NCBI GenBank assembly: GCA_024277855.1
Contig: JAJRUJ010000011.1
Coordinates: 4,817 to 68,816, forward strand
Direction of reading: 5' to 3'
Source of the DNA: Candidatus Zixiibacteriota bacterium
Lineage (GTDB): Bacteria; Zixibacteria; MSB-5A5; WJJR01; JAJRUJ01
DNA: 64,000 bases
Both the position numbers and the translations under genes were made by a program. This document shows, piece by piece, positions 17,387-27,947 of the stretch (position 1 is its first letter; each line of letters starts with the position of its first letter). The notes beneath the pieces are model-generated. The model was not told the DNA's origin. It worked only from the letters and a program-made list of their open reading frames with translations, and made no database searches.

Positions 17387-18433
17387 ATGGAAGGAATCGT
17401 CGGATATGGCGCGCATATCCCCCGGCACCGGATCAAGGTGGAGGAGATTGCCAAGGTCTGGGGCGCCGACGCGCCAAGTTATAAACGCGGACTGCAACTG
17501 CGGGAGAAATCGGTTCCGCCGCCGGATGTGGACACTATAACGTTGTCGGTGGAGGCGGCCAAGCGCGCCCTGAAACGCGCCGGTGTCGACGGCGCGCAAC
17601 TCGGCGCGGTGTACATTGGTTCGGAATCGCATCCTTACGCAGTTAAGCCATCGGGAACAGTCGTGGCCGAAGCGCTGGGAGCAGTGCCCGATTGCCATTG
17701 CGCCGATTATGAATTTGCCTGTAAGGCCGGTTCGGAAGCGATGTTTGTCGCCATGGGTCTGGTTAAAGCCGGATACATCGATTATGGCCTGGCGATCGGC
17801 GGCGATACCTCGCAGGGAGCGCCCTCCGACGCGTTGGAGTATTCGGCCTCGGCCGGTGCTGCCGCGTTTATTATGGGTCGGGAAAACCTTGTTGCTGAGA
17901 TCGAGTATTCGAATTCGTATATGACCGATACACCGGATTTCTGGCGGCGAGAGCATGAGTTTTATCCGCAACATGCCGGACGATATACCGGAGAACCGGC
18001 GTATTTCAAGCATGTTACCGGCGCGGCCAAAGCGTTGCTGAAAAAAGCCGGGGCTGAACCAGGCGATTTCCAATACTGTGTCTTCCATCAGCCCAACGGG
18101 AAGTTCCCGATGCGGGCGGCCAAGATGCTTGGCTTCACCAAAGAACAAAACCTGACCGGTTGGCTGGCGCCGACACTCGGTAATACCTATTCGGGCGCAT
18201 CGCCGATAGGCCTGACGGCCATTCTCGATGTCGCCAAACCCGGTGATCGGATTTTCATGGTGTCGTACGGCTCCGGTTCCGGCTCGGATGGGTTCATTTG
18301 GAAATGCGCGGACCGATTGGCCGAAGTCCAGAATCTGGTCGCAACCACGCGGACGTTGTTGGATGAGCGATTGACCTATGTCGATTATGGGACGTATGCC
18401 AAATACCGCCGAAAAATTCTGAAGAATTATTAA
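17387..18433 (+). CDS. Hydroxymethylglutaryl-CoA synthase, archaeal type
   Basis: GSESHPYAVKP (catalytic Glu), EFACKAG (catalytic Cys), TDTPDFWRR, FHQPNGKFP, GNTYSG, SYGSGSGSD. Confidence 0.92.
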   Translation: MEGIVGYGAHIPRHRIKVEEIAKVWGADAPSYKRGLQLREKSVPPPDVDTITLSVEAAKRALKRAGVDGAQLGAVYIGSESHPYAVKPSGTVVAEALGAVPDCHCADYEFACKAGSEAMFVAMGLVKAGYIDYGLAIGGDTSQGAPSDALEYSASAGAAAFIMGRENLVAEIEYSNSYMTDTPDFWRREHEFYPQHAGRYTGEPAYFKHVTGAAKALLKKAGAEPGDFQYCVFHQPNGKFPMRAAKMLGFTKEQNLTGWLAPTLGNTYSGASPIGLTAILDVAKPGDRIFMVSYGSGSGSDGFIWKCADRLAEVQNLVATTRTLLDERLTYVDYGTYAKYRRKILKNY

Positions 18434-18445
18434 GGAGAACCATAG

Positions 18446-19603
18446 ATGCGAGATGTTGCCGTCATCGGTGTCGGCATGCCGAAGTGGGGTGAGTTGTGGG
18501 ACAAGTCCCTGCGCGACGTTTTCGTCGAAGCCGCCCTGCTGGCTCTGGCCGACACCAAAGTAGACAAGCTGGACAACATGCTTATCGGTTGTATGTCCGG
18601 CGGCCTGTTTGTGGGGCAGGAGCATATCGGCGCAATCATGGCTGATTATCTGGGCCAGCGCCACCTGGCGGCGGGACGAGTCGAATCGGCCTGTGCCTCC
18701 GGTGGATTGGCTTTTCGCTGTGCGATTGCCGAAGTGGCTTCCGGGATGTCTGATGTCGTCCTGGCCGGTGGTGTCGAGAAGATGACCGACGTTTCCGGCG
18801 ATGGGGCGACCTACGCCCTGGCCGCTGCGGCCGATCAGGAATATGAAGTATTCAACGGCGCGACTTTCCCCGGGTTATATGCCTTGATGGCCCGCGCCCA
18901 TATGGAGAAGTACGGAACGACGCGCGACCAACTGGCGCATGTCGCGGTGAAAAACCATCATAACGGCACGAAAAACCCGAATGCGCAATACCCATTCGAG
19001 GTCACGCTCGATCAGGTCAAAAATTCGGTGATGATCGCCGACCCGTTGCGGATTCTCGATTGTTCGCCAATTACCGACGGAGCGGCGGCGGTTATTGTCT
19101 GCCCGATGGAAATGGCCAAAGACCTGACTGAAAAACCCCTGGTCAAAGTGACCGGTTTGGGACAGGCGACCGACGCCATCGCTTTGCACTCACGCCAGGA
19201 TATCACGACGATCGAGGCGACAACCGTAGCGGCAAAAGAAGCGTTTGCGATGGCCGGCAAGGGTCCGAAAGACATCGACTTTGCCGAAGTGCATGATTGC
19301 TTCACAATTGCCGAGATTGTCGTGACTGAATCACTCGGTTTTTTTGAGCCCGGCAAAGGCGGTCCGGCGGTCGAAGCGGGGGAGACGGCAAGAGGCGGGC
19401 GGATCCCGATCAATCTGTCCGGCGGCCTGAAGTCGAAAGGGCATCCGGTCGGCGCGACAGGTATTGCGCAGATCTATGAAATTGTCAAACAACTCAGGGG
19501 AGATGCCGGCGAACGGCAGATCGAAAACGCCAAGGTCGGGCTGGCCCAGAACATGGGCGGTTCGGGAGCGAGCACCCTGGTCCATATCCTGGAGGTGGCG
19601 TAA
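18446..19603 (+). CDS. Acetyl-CoA acetyltransferase, archaeal/SCP2-type thiolase
   Basis: [49 protein letters not shown]. Confidence 0.92.
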   Translation: MRDVAVIGVGMPKWGELWDKSLRDVFVEAALLALADTKVDKLDNMLIGCMSGGLFVGQEHIGAIMADYLGQRHLAAGRVESACASGGLAFRCAIAEVASGMSDVVLAGGVEKMTDVSGDGATYALAAAADQEYEVFNGATFPGLYALMARAHMEKYGTTRDQLAHVAVKNHHNGTKNPNAQYPFEVTLDQVKNSVMIADPLRILDCSPITDGAAAVIVCPMEMAKDLTEKPLVKVTGLGQATDAIALHSRQDITTIEATTVAAKEAFAMAGKGPKDIDFAEVHDCFTIAEIVVTESLGFFEPGKGGPAVEAGETARGGRIPINLSGGLKSKGHPVGATGIAQIYEIVKQLRGDAGERQIENAKVGLAQNMGGSGASTLVHILEVA

Positions 19604-19995
19604 TGTTTCCTGCTCGATACGCGCGAGAGATGCCGCATCGGTACCGGTTGGAAGCACACAAGTGCAAACAGTGTGGGAAGGTTTTTGTCCCCCGCCGGGA
19701 GATCTGCGACAAATGCGGAGCAACCGAGTTTGAAGTAATCAGACTTTCCGACAGGGTCAAGTTAGTTACCTATACGATCATCCACACACCGGCCAGTCAG
19801 TTTAAAGACCAGTCGCCTTATGCACTGGGGATTTGCGAATTCCCGGAGGGAGTTCGGCTGACGGCACAGGTTGTCGATATAGATTTTGCAGACTTAAAAA
19901 CCGGCATGGATCTGCAAGTCGAATTCCGGCGAATTCAAACCGACGGCCACGAAGGTATCCTTTCGTACGGCTATAAGTTCGTCCCGGTGATTTGA
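19603..19995 (+). CDS. DUF35 Zn-ribbon/OB-fold scaffold protein
   Basis: CKQC...CDKC ribbon, OB-fold strands and C-terminal YGYKF. One-nt stop/start overlap with the thiolase. Confidence 0.92.
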   Translation: MFPARYAREMPHRYRLEAHKCKQCGKVFVPRREICDKCGATEFEVIRLSDRVKLVTYTIIHTPASQFKDQSPYALGICEFPEGVRLTAQVVDIDFADLKTGMDLQVEFRRIQTDGHEGILSYGYKFVPVI

Positions 19996-19998
19996 CCC

Positions 19999-21606
19999 AT
20001 GTACCGGATTGAGTCGAAAATCGATGTCAACTCGGCGGAGTATAAGGCAAACGTCGAGAACAATACGCAGTTGGTTGCCCGGTTACGCGAACACCTGGAC
20101 GCGGTCTATCCGGGCGGTCCGGCACATATGATCGAGCGGCACAAGGAACGGGGGAAACTCCCGGTTCGTGAGCGGCTCAAATTGCTGCTGGATCGTAATA
20201 CGCCGTTTCTGGAACTCTCGCCGCTGGCCGCCTTCGATATGTATGACAACGAGGCGCCCTCGGCGGGGATGGTTTCCGGTGTAGGCGTAGTGCATGGGCG
20301 TGAGGTAATGGTTGTCGCCAACCTGGCCACAGTCAAGGGGGGTACCTACTTCCCGATGACGATCAAGAAACACGTTCGTGCCCAGGAGATCGCCGAGAAA
20401 AACCACCTGCCGTGTATTTACCTTGTCGATTCGGGCGGAATATTTCTACCCGAGCAGGCCGGTACTTTTGCCGACCGGGATCATTTTGGCCATATCTTCT
20501 ACAACCAGGCCGTTCTCTCGGCCAAGAAGATTGCCCAGATTGCCGTGGTCCTTGGCAGTTGTACGGCGGGCGGCGCTTATGTCCCGGCGATGGCCGATGA
20601 GGCGATTATCGTGCGCAAGCAGGGGACGATTTTTGTCGGCGGGCCACCCTTGGTCAAAGCGGCAACCGGCGAGGAAGTGAGTGCTGAAGACCTTGGCGGC
20701 GCCGATGTACATTGTCGAATTTCCGGAACGGCCGATCATTACGCGCAAAATGATAAACACGCGTTGGCCATCTGCCGGAATATTGTGGAAAATCTCGGGC
20801 ACCATGTAAAAGCGGATATTGGTCGCAGCGAACCCGAGCCACCATACTACGATCCCGAAGAATTATACGGGGTTGTGCCGTCCGATACCAAACAACCATA
20901 TGACATTCGTGAAGTAATTGCGCGCATTGTCGACGGGAGCCGCTTCCAGGAATTCAAGGCCTTGTACGGGACGACGATCGTCTGTGGATTTGCGCGTATT
21001 CATGGTTTTCCCGTGGGGATCCTGGGTAATAATGGGGTGTTGTTCTCCGAGAGTTCGCAGAAAGCCGCTCATTTCATCGAGATGTGTTCTTTGCGGAAAA
21101 TCCCGCTGGTGTTTTTGCAAAATATCACCGGATTTATTATCGGTCAGCAATACGAACATGGCGGCATCGCCCGTAACGGGGCCAAGATGGTCCATGCCGT
21201 CGCCAATGCCCAAGTGCCCAAGTTTACCGTGATTGTCGGCAGTTCAAATGGCGCAGGCAATTATGCCATGTGCGGGCGAGGATATCTGCCTAATTACCTG
21301 TTTACCTGGCCGAATGGATCGACCGTGGTGATGGGCGGTGAGCAGGCCGCCGGTGTTTTGTGGACGGTCAAGAAACGCCAGTTGAAGAAACACGGTGTCG
21401 AGATAACGCCGGAGATGGAAGCGGAGTTCAAGAAGCCGATACTTGAGCAGTATGAGCGTGAGTCATCGCCATATTATTCGACGGCGCGGGTTTGGGATGA
21501 CGGCATAATCGATCCGGTGAAGACTCGCGATATCCTCGGATTAGCTATCTCGTCGTCTTTGAATGCGCCAATCGAGGAAATGAAGTTCGGTATCTTCCGC
21601 ATGTAG
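19999..21606 (+). CDS. liuB: 3-methylcrotonyl-CoA carboxylase carboxyltransferase (beta) subunit
   Basis: [63 protein letters not shown]-terminus. Confidence 0.9.
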   Translation: MYRIESKIDVNSAEYKANVENNTQLVARLREHLDAVYPGGPAHMIERHKERGKLPVRERLKLLLDRNTPFLELSPLAAFDMYDNEAPSAGMVSGVGVVHGREVMVVANLATVKGGTYFPMTIKKHVRAQEIAEKNHLPCIYLVDSGGIFLPEQAGTFADRDHFGHIFYNQAVLSAKKIAQIAVVLGSCTAGGAYVPAMADEAIIVRKQGTIFVGGPPLVKAATGEEVSAEDLGGADVHCRISGTADHYAQNDKHALAICRNIVENLGHHVKADIGRSEPEPPYYDPEELYGVVPSDTKQPYDIREVIARIVDGSRFQEFKALYGTTIVCGFARIHGFPVGILGNNGVLFSESSQKAAHFIEMCSLRKIPLVFLQNITGFIIGQQYEHGGIARNGAKMVHAVANAQVPKFTVIVGSSNGAGNYAMCGRGYLPNYLFTWPNGSTVVMGGEQAAGVLWTVKKRQLKKHGVEITPEMEAEFKKPILEQYERESSPYYSTARVWDDGIIDPVKTRDILGLAISSSLNAPIEEMKFGIFRM

Positions 21607-21699
21607 CGTCTTTAGCGCGGCGGCAACATCCTGAGCGGACCGTCGGCCTTGATGAGTTAAAGCAGTGATCGGTTTGTCAGTTTGTTGATGGGATAGACG

Positions 21700-22485
21700 A
21701 TGGCTGGATATACGACAATTAAGCATGAACGTCGGGGCGACGTTGAATATGTGATCTTTTGTCGACCCGAGGTGCACAACGCGTTTAATTCGTCGATGAT
21801 TTACGAGTTGATCGACCTGTTCGGAAAGTTGATCGACGATGAAACGCTCCGGGTTGTTGTCCTGACCGGTGAGGGGAAATCGTATTGTGCGGGCGCCGAC
21901 TTAAACTGGATGCGCTCGGTTGTCGATTTTACTTACGAGCAGAACCTAAAAGAATCGCTGGCGCTGGCCGATATGCTCTGGGCGATTTATTCGTTCCCGA
22001 AGCCGACCATCGGCCGGATCAACGGCGCGGCGATCGGCGGCGGGACAGGACTTGTCGCAGTTACCGATATCGCCATCGCCGCCGAACGTGCGGTTTTTTC
22101 ATTTTCTGAGGTCAAGATCGGTGTCGTTCCGGCTTGTATCTCTCCATATGTGCTCAACCGGGTCGGGCAGGGAAAAGCCCGGGAATTTTTTCTCTCCGGG
22201 GAACGGTTGACCTCCGCCCGCGCTCTGGAGGCCGGATTGGTTAACCAGGTCGTGCCCGACGATCAACTTGACGACGCCGTGGACAAAATGGTCAAACAGC
22301 TTCTCTCCTCCGGGCCATCGGCGTTAGGTGTCTGCAAAGAGTTGCTGCGAACCGTGCCCGGACAGTCGGTCGATGAATTCAAAAAATACACCGCCGAGGT
22401 GATTGCACGCCTCCGTCTCTCGGCTGAGGCGCAGGAAGGGATGGACGCTTTCCTGAACAAGCGAAAACCCAACTGGATCAAATAG
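21700..22485 (+). CDS. liuC: Enoyl-CoA hydratase, probably methylglutaconyl-CoA hydratase
   Basis: RPEVHNAF, CAGADLNWM, AIGGGTGL, FSEVKIGVVPACISPYV. Lies between the MCC subunits. Confidence 0.85.
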   Translation: MAGYTTIKHERRGDVEYVIFCRPEVHNAFNSSMIYELIDLFGKLIDDETLRVVVLTGEGKSYCAGADLNWMRSVVDFTYEQNLKESLALADMLWAIYSFPKPTIGRINGAAIGGGTGLVAVTDIAIAAERAVFSFSEVKIGVVPACISPYVLNRVGQGKAREFFLSGERLTSARALEAGLVNQVVPDDQLDDAVDKMVKQLLSSGPSALGVCKELLRTVPGQSVDEFKKYTAEVIARLRLSAEAQEGMDAFLNKRKPNWIK

Positions 22486-22507
22486 ACGAGATCGACGTTA
22501 TCTCGGG

Positions 22508-24028
22508 ATGACGGGAAGTATGTCTTTGGCTAAAGCAATCAAGAAAATATTGGTGGCAAATCGGGGCGAAATCGCGTTGCGGGTGATGCGCGCCGCCCGG
22601 GAAATGGGTCTTGGCTCAGTTGCGGTCTATTCGGAAGCGGATCGATTCGCGCGGCACGTGATCGAGGCGGAGGAGTCGGTACTAATTGGCCCGCCTTCAC
22701 CGTTGGAGAGCTATCTCTCCATCGAAAAAATAATCGATGCCGCGAAACAGACGGGCTGTGACGCGATCCATCCCGGATATGGATTTTTGGCGGAGAATGC
22801 CGAATTCTCCCGTGTTTGTACCGAGGCCGGGCTGATCTTTATCGGCCCGGGCCCGGAGGCCATCTCCCTGCTGGGCAACAAACTGATCTCGCGCGAAACG
22901 ATGGAGGCCGCCGACGTGCCGGTAATCACCGGCAAGAAGATCGCTTCAGGGAAACTTGATGATTTTCGCTCGGCGGCGGAAGAGATCGGCTATCCGGTAT
23001 TGATTAAAGCCGCCTCCGGCGGCGGCGGCAAGGGCATGCGGGTGGTCACCGATCCGGCTGAGTTGAAAGACGCCGTCGAGGGGGCGTCCCGTGAGGCGAA
23101 GTCTGCGTTTGGTGATGAAACTGTGTATTTGGAAAAATACCTGACCCGCCCCCGGCATATAGAGTTTCAGATTATGGCGGACGAGGCGGGTAATGCCGTC
23201 CATTTGTTTGAGCGTGAATGTTCGATCCAGCGGCGCCATCAAAAAATTATCGAAGAGACGCCGTCCCCGGCGTTGACTCCGGAAATACGTGAACAAATGG
23301 GTGTGGCGGCGGTGGCGGCGGCTAAGGCGGCGAAATATGTTTCGGCCGGTACGGTGGAATTTCTGCTCGACGAGGATGGAAGTTTTTATTTCCTCGAAGT
23401 CAATACGCGGATCCAGGTCGAACATCCAATTACCGAAATGACGACCGGGATTGATCTGGTCAAAGAACAAATCAGAATCGCGTCCGGTGACCCGTTGTCC
23501 TTTGCGCAGGAGGACATCCGCCCCTTCGGCCATGCCACCGAGTGTCGGATCTACGCCGAAGATCCGGCAAACGGGTTTTTGCCGTCATCCGGGAAAATTG
23601 TCTATCTCGACGAACCGTCCGCGGCCAATCTACGCATCGATTCCGGGGTATATTCCGGTTGCGAGGTGCCGGTATTTTACGACCCGATTCTTTCCAAAGT
23701 GATCACCTGGGGCAAAGACCGGCGGGAATCGACGCGGCGAATGCTGCTGGCGCTGGCCGATTATAAAGCGCTCGGGATCAAGACTAATGTGCGCTACTTG
23801 CAGGCGATTTTGCAACATCCCGAATACGCGGCCGGTAACATATATACCGGGTTCCTTGACGAGCATTTTCCGGGCTGGACGGACGAGCGACCAACTGCCG
23901 AATTTGACGTTGCCAAAGTCGGTGCGGTCCTCGCCTCATTGCACCAGGAAACGGCGACAAGTTCCGGAGACGAAAGTCGAAGGGGGCCGGCGTCGATCTG
24001 GAACCAGTTGGCCAGTTGGGAGATGTAA
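22508..24028 (+). CDS. Biotin carboxylase subunit of acyl-CoA (methylcrotonyl-CoA) carboxylase
   Basis: LVANRGEIA, HPGYGFLAEN, GGGGKGMR, ERECSIQRRHQK, FLEVNTRIQVEHP. Confidence 0.93.
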   Translation: MTGSMSLAKAIKKILVANRGEIALRVMRAAREMGLGSVAVYSEADRFARHVIEAEESVLIGPPSPLESYLSIEKIIDAAKQTGCDAIHPGYGFLAENAEFSRVCTEAGLIFIGPGPEAISLLGNKLISRETMEAADVPVITGKKIASGKLDDFRSAAEEIGYPVLIKAASGGGGKGMRVVTDPAELKDAVEGASREAKSAFGDETVYLEKYLTRPRHIEFQIMADEAGNAVHLFERECSIQRRHQKIIEETPSPALTPEIREQMGVAAVAAAKAAKYVSAGTVEFLLDEDGSFYFLEVNTRIQVEHPITEMTTGIDLVKEQIRIASGDPLSFAQEDIRPFGHATECRIYAEDPANGFLPSSGKIVYLDEPSAANLRIDSGVYSGCEVPVFYDPILSKVITWGKDRRESTRRMLLALADYKALGIKTNVRYLQAILQHPEYAAGNIYTGFLDEHFPGWTDERPTAEFDVAKVGAVLASLHQETATSSGDESRRGPASIWNQLASWEM

Positions 24029-24538
24029 ATGGATTTTGAGTTTGTCCATAATGATGAACGGTTAACTGTTCGGGCCGAAGTGGGGAAAAACTCAATCCGA
24101 GTCGTTGACGGTGATTCTGAAATTTCATACGACTTTTTTTCTGCCGATGGTTCACTATTTACTATCTCGGCTAATGGAAAGGCCACGCGGGTGGTGGCGG
24201 TCAAAGATGGTGAGACGATTTATGTGTCCACTCCGGGGGGAGACTTTCAGTTCCGATTGCCTCCATCTGTAGACGGTGACACTTTCTCGGAAGCCGGTGG
24301 CGGTAGTGGGGACAAATCGAAATTGGTGGCGCCGATGCCGGGCAAAGTGGTGAAAGTCCTGGTCGAAGAAGGACAGGCGGTCACCGAAAAAGAAAAACTG
24401 GTCATTGTTGAAGCCATGAAAATGGAAAACCCGCTTGTCGCCCCATATCCTGCTCAAGTGGTGAAAATAAACTGCGAAGAAGGCCAGTTGGTCGATACAG
24501 AAATCATCCTGGTCGAATTAAAAGAACTGGAGAATTGA
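24029..24538 (+). CDS. Biotin carboxyl carrier subunit
   Basis: APMPGKV...EAMKME biotinylation motif. Confidence 0.92.
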   Translation: MDFEFVHNDERLTVRAEVGKNSIRVVDGDSEISYDFFSADGSLFTISANGKATRVVAVKDGETIYVSTPGGDFQFRLPPSVDGDTFSEAGGGSGDKSKLVAPMPGKVVKVLVEEGQAVTEKEKLVIVEAMKMENPLVAPYPAQVVKINCEEGQLVDTEIILVELKELEN

Positions 24539-24580
24539 TGCGTCGGCAGACGCTCGACAGAATGTATAAGGGGATTTATC

Positions 24581-25774
24581 ATGACTAACAATCCGAACGA
24601 TCCGGTTATCGTTTCGGCCTGCCGAACACCGCTCGGCGGCTTTCTCGGCGGTCTGTTGCCGTTGCGCGCCCATGAACTCGGCGCGATTGTTATCGCTGAA
24701 GCAATTAAACGCGCGGGAATTGATAAAAACGATATCGATGAAGTAATCATGGGCCAGGTGGTCCAAGCCGGTGAAGGGCAGGCCCCCGGGCGGATGGCCG
24801 CAATCAAAGCCGGTGTCCCGGGCAAGGCGGGCGTACTGACAATTAACAAGGTCTGCGGATCGGGACTGAAAGCCGTGATGCTGGCCGCGCAGGCAATCAA
24901 ATTGCAGGATGCGCAGGTGATTATCGCCGGTGGGCAGGAGTCGATGTCGAATACGCCCTATGTGTTGCACAAGGCGAAGGCCGGGTTCAAGTTTGGCCAT
25001 CAACAACTGCTGGACTCGATGATCCTGGATGGTTTGTGGGATTCATTCAACGATTTCCATATGGGGTTGGCGGCTGAATACACCGCAGACAAATCGAAGC
25101 TCACCCGCGAGATGCAGGATGAATACGCCGCCAATTCGCAACGGAAGGCATCCGAAGCAATCGCCGCCGGGAAGTTTAAAGACGAAATCGTGCCGGTGAC
25201 CATCCCTCAGCGCAAGGGCGAGCCGAAGATTATCGACACCGATGAAGGGCCGCGTCCCGGAACCACCGTGGAAAAACTTGCCAAGCTGCGTCCTGCATTT
25301 AAAAAAGGTGGGACGGTCACCGCCGGGAATTCTCCGGGACTTAACGACGGCGCCTCGGCGCTGGTGGTCACCAGCCGGCAATATGCCGAATCACATAACC
25401 TCAAACCGCTGGCGAAAGTCACCGGATATGTCACCGCCGGCACCGAACCGATTGACTTGTTTTATGCACCGATCTATGCGGTGCGGAAACTGTGTGATAA
25501 ATTGAGCGTCGAACTCGATCATTTTGATTTAATCGAGGCCAACGAGGCATTTTCTGCGCAGTGTCTGGCTGACGGCAATGAACTCGGTTGGGATTGGGAT
25601 AAAGTCAATGTCAACGGCGGGGCAGTGGCACTTGGTCATCCGATTGGCGCGTCGGGAGCCAGAGTCCTCACTACTTTACTATATGCGCTAAAGGACCGAG
25701 GCAAAAAACGCGGCCTGGCTACTCTCTGTCTTGGTGGTGGTAACGCGGTGGCGTTGGCCGTGGAAATGGAATAA
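24581..25774 (+). CDS. Acetyl-CoA C-acetyltransferase (classical bacterial thiolase)
   Basis: NKVCGSGL, GGQESMS, NEAF, GHPIGASG, CLGGG. Confidence 0.95.
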   Translation: MTNNPNDPVIVSACRTPLGGFLGGLLPLRAHELGAIVIAEAIKRAGIDKNDIDEVIMGQVVQAGEGQAPGRMAAIKAGVPGKAGVLTINKVCGSGLKAVMLAAQAIKLQDAQVIIAGGQESMSNTPYVLHKAKAGFKFGHQQLLDSMILDGLWDSFNDFHMGLAAEYTADKSKLTREMQDEYAANSQRKASEAIAAGKFKDEIVPVTIPQRKGEPKIIDTDEGPRPGTTVEKLAKLRPAFKKGGTVTAGNSPGLNDGASALVVTSRQYAESHNLKPLAKVTGYVTAGTEPIDLFYAPIYAVRKLCDKLSVELDHFDLIEANEAFSAQCLADGNELGWDWDKVNVNGGAVALGHPIGASGARVLTTLLYALKDRGKKRGLATLCLGGGNAVALAVEME

Positions 25775-25918
25775 TCGGCGGCAATATCGTCGCCTGAGAT
25801 ATACGCCTGAGGCCGGAGAGTCAATCCGGCCGGTATGTTCTGGATTTTTAGTGGGCCGCAAGTTGCCCGGTCCAAATGATTTTTCCGAGGCCCTCATGTT
25901 TTGGGAAAGGCAAAGTTG

Positions 25919-26770
25919 ATGGAGATTAAAAACGTTGGCGTCATCGGCGCGGGCACGATGGGTAATGGTATTGCCCACGCCTTTGCTCTCAGCGGTTATG
26001 ACGTTACACTGGTTGACACGACCAAAGATGTGCTTGATCGGGCCACGGCTACGATTAGTAGGAATTTAGATCGGCAGATAAAGAAACAAAAAATAGACAA
26101 AGACAAAAAAGCCGATGTGCTGGCGCGCATCCATTGTTCAACCGATTTGGCGGCAGTGAAGAATTGCGAGTTGGTTGTTGAGGCGGTGTTTGAATCGTTG
26201 GAGGCCAAGCTGGCGCTATTCCCCCGGCTGGATAACCTCTGTCCGCCGGAGACCATCCTCGCTTCAAACACCTCGTCCCTGCCGATCACCCAGCTTGCGG
26301 CGGTCACGGAGCGACCGGAGAAAGTCATCGGGATGCATTTTATGAACCCGGTCCCGATGATGAAATTGGTCGAGATTATTCGCGGTCATGCTACGTCAGA
26401 TGATACTTACCGGATCATTCACGATCTTTGTGTTCCGCTGGGAAAAACCGGTGTAGAGGTTAATGACTATCCGGGGTTTGTCGGCAACCGGTTACTCATG
26501 CCGATGATTAATGAAGCGATTTTTACGGTGTATGAGGGAGCGGCCACCCCGGAAGCCGTGGATACGGTAATGCGGTTAGGGATGGGGCACCCGATGGGGC
26601 CGTTGACACTGGCCGACTTTATCGGGCTGGATGTTTGTTTGGCGATTATGGAAGTCCTGTATGACGGGTTTGCCGATTCCAAGTACCGGCCGTGTCCGCT
26701 GTTGCGGAAGATGGTTTATGCCGGGCACCTGGGTCGGAAAACCGGCCGGGGATTTTATACATATGAGTAG
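25919..26770 (+). CDS. hbd: 3-hydroxybutyryl-CoA dehydrogenase
   Basis: GAGTMGNG, ASNTSS, GMHFMNP, HPMGPL-x-LAD-x-IGLD. Confidence 0.93.
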   Translation: MEIKNVGVIGAGTMGNGIAHAFALSGYDVTLVDTTKDVLDRATATISRNLDRQIKKQKIDKDKKADVLARIHCSTDLAAVKNCELVVEAVFESLEAKLALFPRLDNLCPPETILASNTSSLPITQLAAVTERPEKVIGMHFMNPVPMMKLVEIIRGHATSDDTYRIIHDLCVPLGKTGVEVNDYPGFVGNRLLMPMINEAIFTVYEGAATPEAVDTVMRLGMGHPMGPLTLADFIGLDVCLAIMEVLYDGFADSKYRPCPLLRKMVYAGHLGRKTGRGFYTYE

Positions 26771-26799
26771 CGGTTGCGAGATAAAGCGGGGAGGTCGCA

Positions 26800-27945
26800 G
26801 TGGATTTTGAGTTAAATGAAGATCAGGAAATGATGCGAGATGCAGCACGGGAGTTTGCGGAAAAACGTATTTTCCCGAATGCCGCCAAATACGACGAGGA
26901 CGCGCGCCTTCCCGACGAACTTTTCGCCGAACTCGCCGAACTGGGTTATACCGGGATAGTTGCCCCCGAAAAATACGGGGGGATGGAACTCGACCTGATT
27001 TCTTATGCTTGTATAATCGAGGAATTTGCGAAGGCCTCGGCGGGATTGGCCATTGCAATATCAGTCCACAATTCTCTCGTCATCGGTGCAATAAATGCTT
27101 TTGGTTCCTAGGAGTTAAAGAAGGAATACCTGCCGCGTCTGGCCGGGGGGGATATTGGGTCGTATTGTCTGACTGAGCCGGGAGCGGGTTCGGATGCCGG
27201 TGCGATTCGCACCGCCGCGGTGGCTGACGGTGATGAGTATGTCATCAATGGCGAGAAGATATTTATCACCTCGGCCGATTATGCAAAAGTCTTCCTGGTG
27301 TTTTGTCTGACTGAACCGGAGTTGAAAAGTCACGGTATCTCGCTGTTTTTAATTGAGCGCGATACGCCGGGATTGGAAATCGGCGCTCCGGAGAAAAAAC
27401 TGGGAATTAAATGTTCCGATACCCGCGCGGTTTCGTTTACCGACGTCCGGGTACCGGCAAAGAACATGATTGGTGAGAAAAACCAGGGGTTCAAAATCGC
27501 CCTAGCGCGATTGGATCATGGTCGCCTGGGTGTTTCGGCCCAGTCGATTGGGATCGCCGAGGCGGCTTTGACGGAGGCGGTAAAATACTCCAAAGAGCGG
27601 AAGCAATTCAATCGGCCGATCAGTGAGTTCCAGGCGATTGCTTTCAAACTTGCCGATATGAGAACCCGTCTCGATGCCGCCCGCTGGCTGACCTACCGCG
27701 CGTTCTCGTTGGCCGCGACCGGCAAAGATTTTGCCCGCGAAGCCGCCGAAGCCAAATTATTCGCCTCGGAAACCGCAAATTGGGTCGCCAACGAAGCGCT
27801 GCAGATTCATGGCGGCTACGGCTATATGAAAGAATATGCCGTTGAACGATATTTCCGTGATGCCCGCGTGACCGAAATTTACGAGGGGTCCTCGGAAGTC
27901 CAGCGAATCGTCATCTCACGTGCGGTATTGAGGGAGGGCGAATAG
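26800..27945 (+). pseudogene. Acyl-CoA dehydrogenase (381 codons) interrupted by one in-frame TAG at 27109-27111 (nonsense allele, sequencing error or recoding)
   Basis: ORFs 26800-27111 and 27220-27945 share a frame. Reading through gives NAFGS*ELKKEYLPRLAGGDIGSYCLTEPGAGSDA. The C-terminal IHGGYGY and EIYEGSSEVQR motifs are intact. Confidence 0.85.
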
Positions 27946-27947
27946 AC

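Noticed and set aside
17384-18664. 426-aa minus-strand ORF and other long antisense ORFs (e.g. 29056-30009, 56415-57371)
   Set aside because: Antisense shadows of well-conserved genes in GC-rich DNA, with no motifs.
17387-19995. PhlABC-type (diacetylphloroglucinol) acyltransferase cluster
   Set aside because: The HMGS homologue retains catalytic Glu, Cys and His, there is no type III PKS, and the context is acyl-CoA metabolism.
26800-27945. Genome-wide TAG reassignment
   Set aside because: Many conserved genes in the window end at TAG exactly at their expected C-termini.
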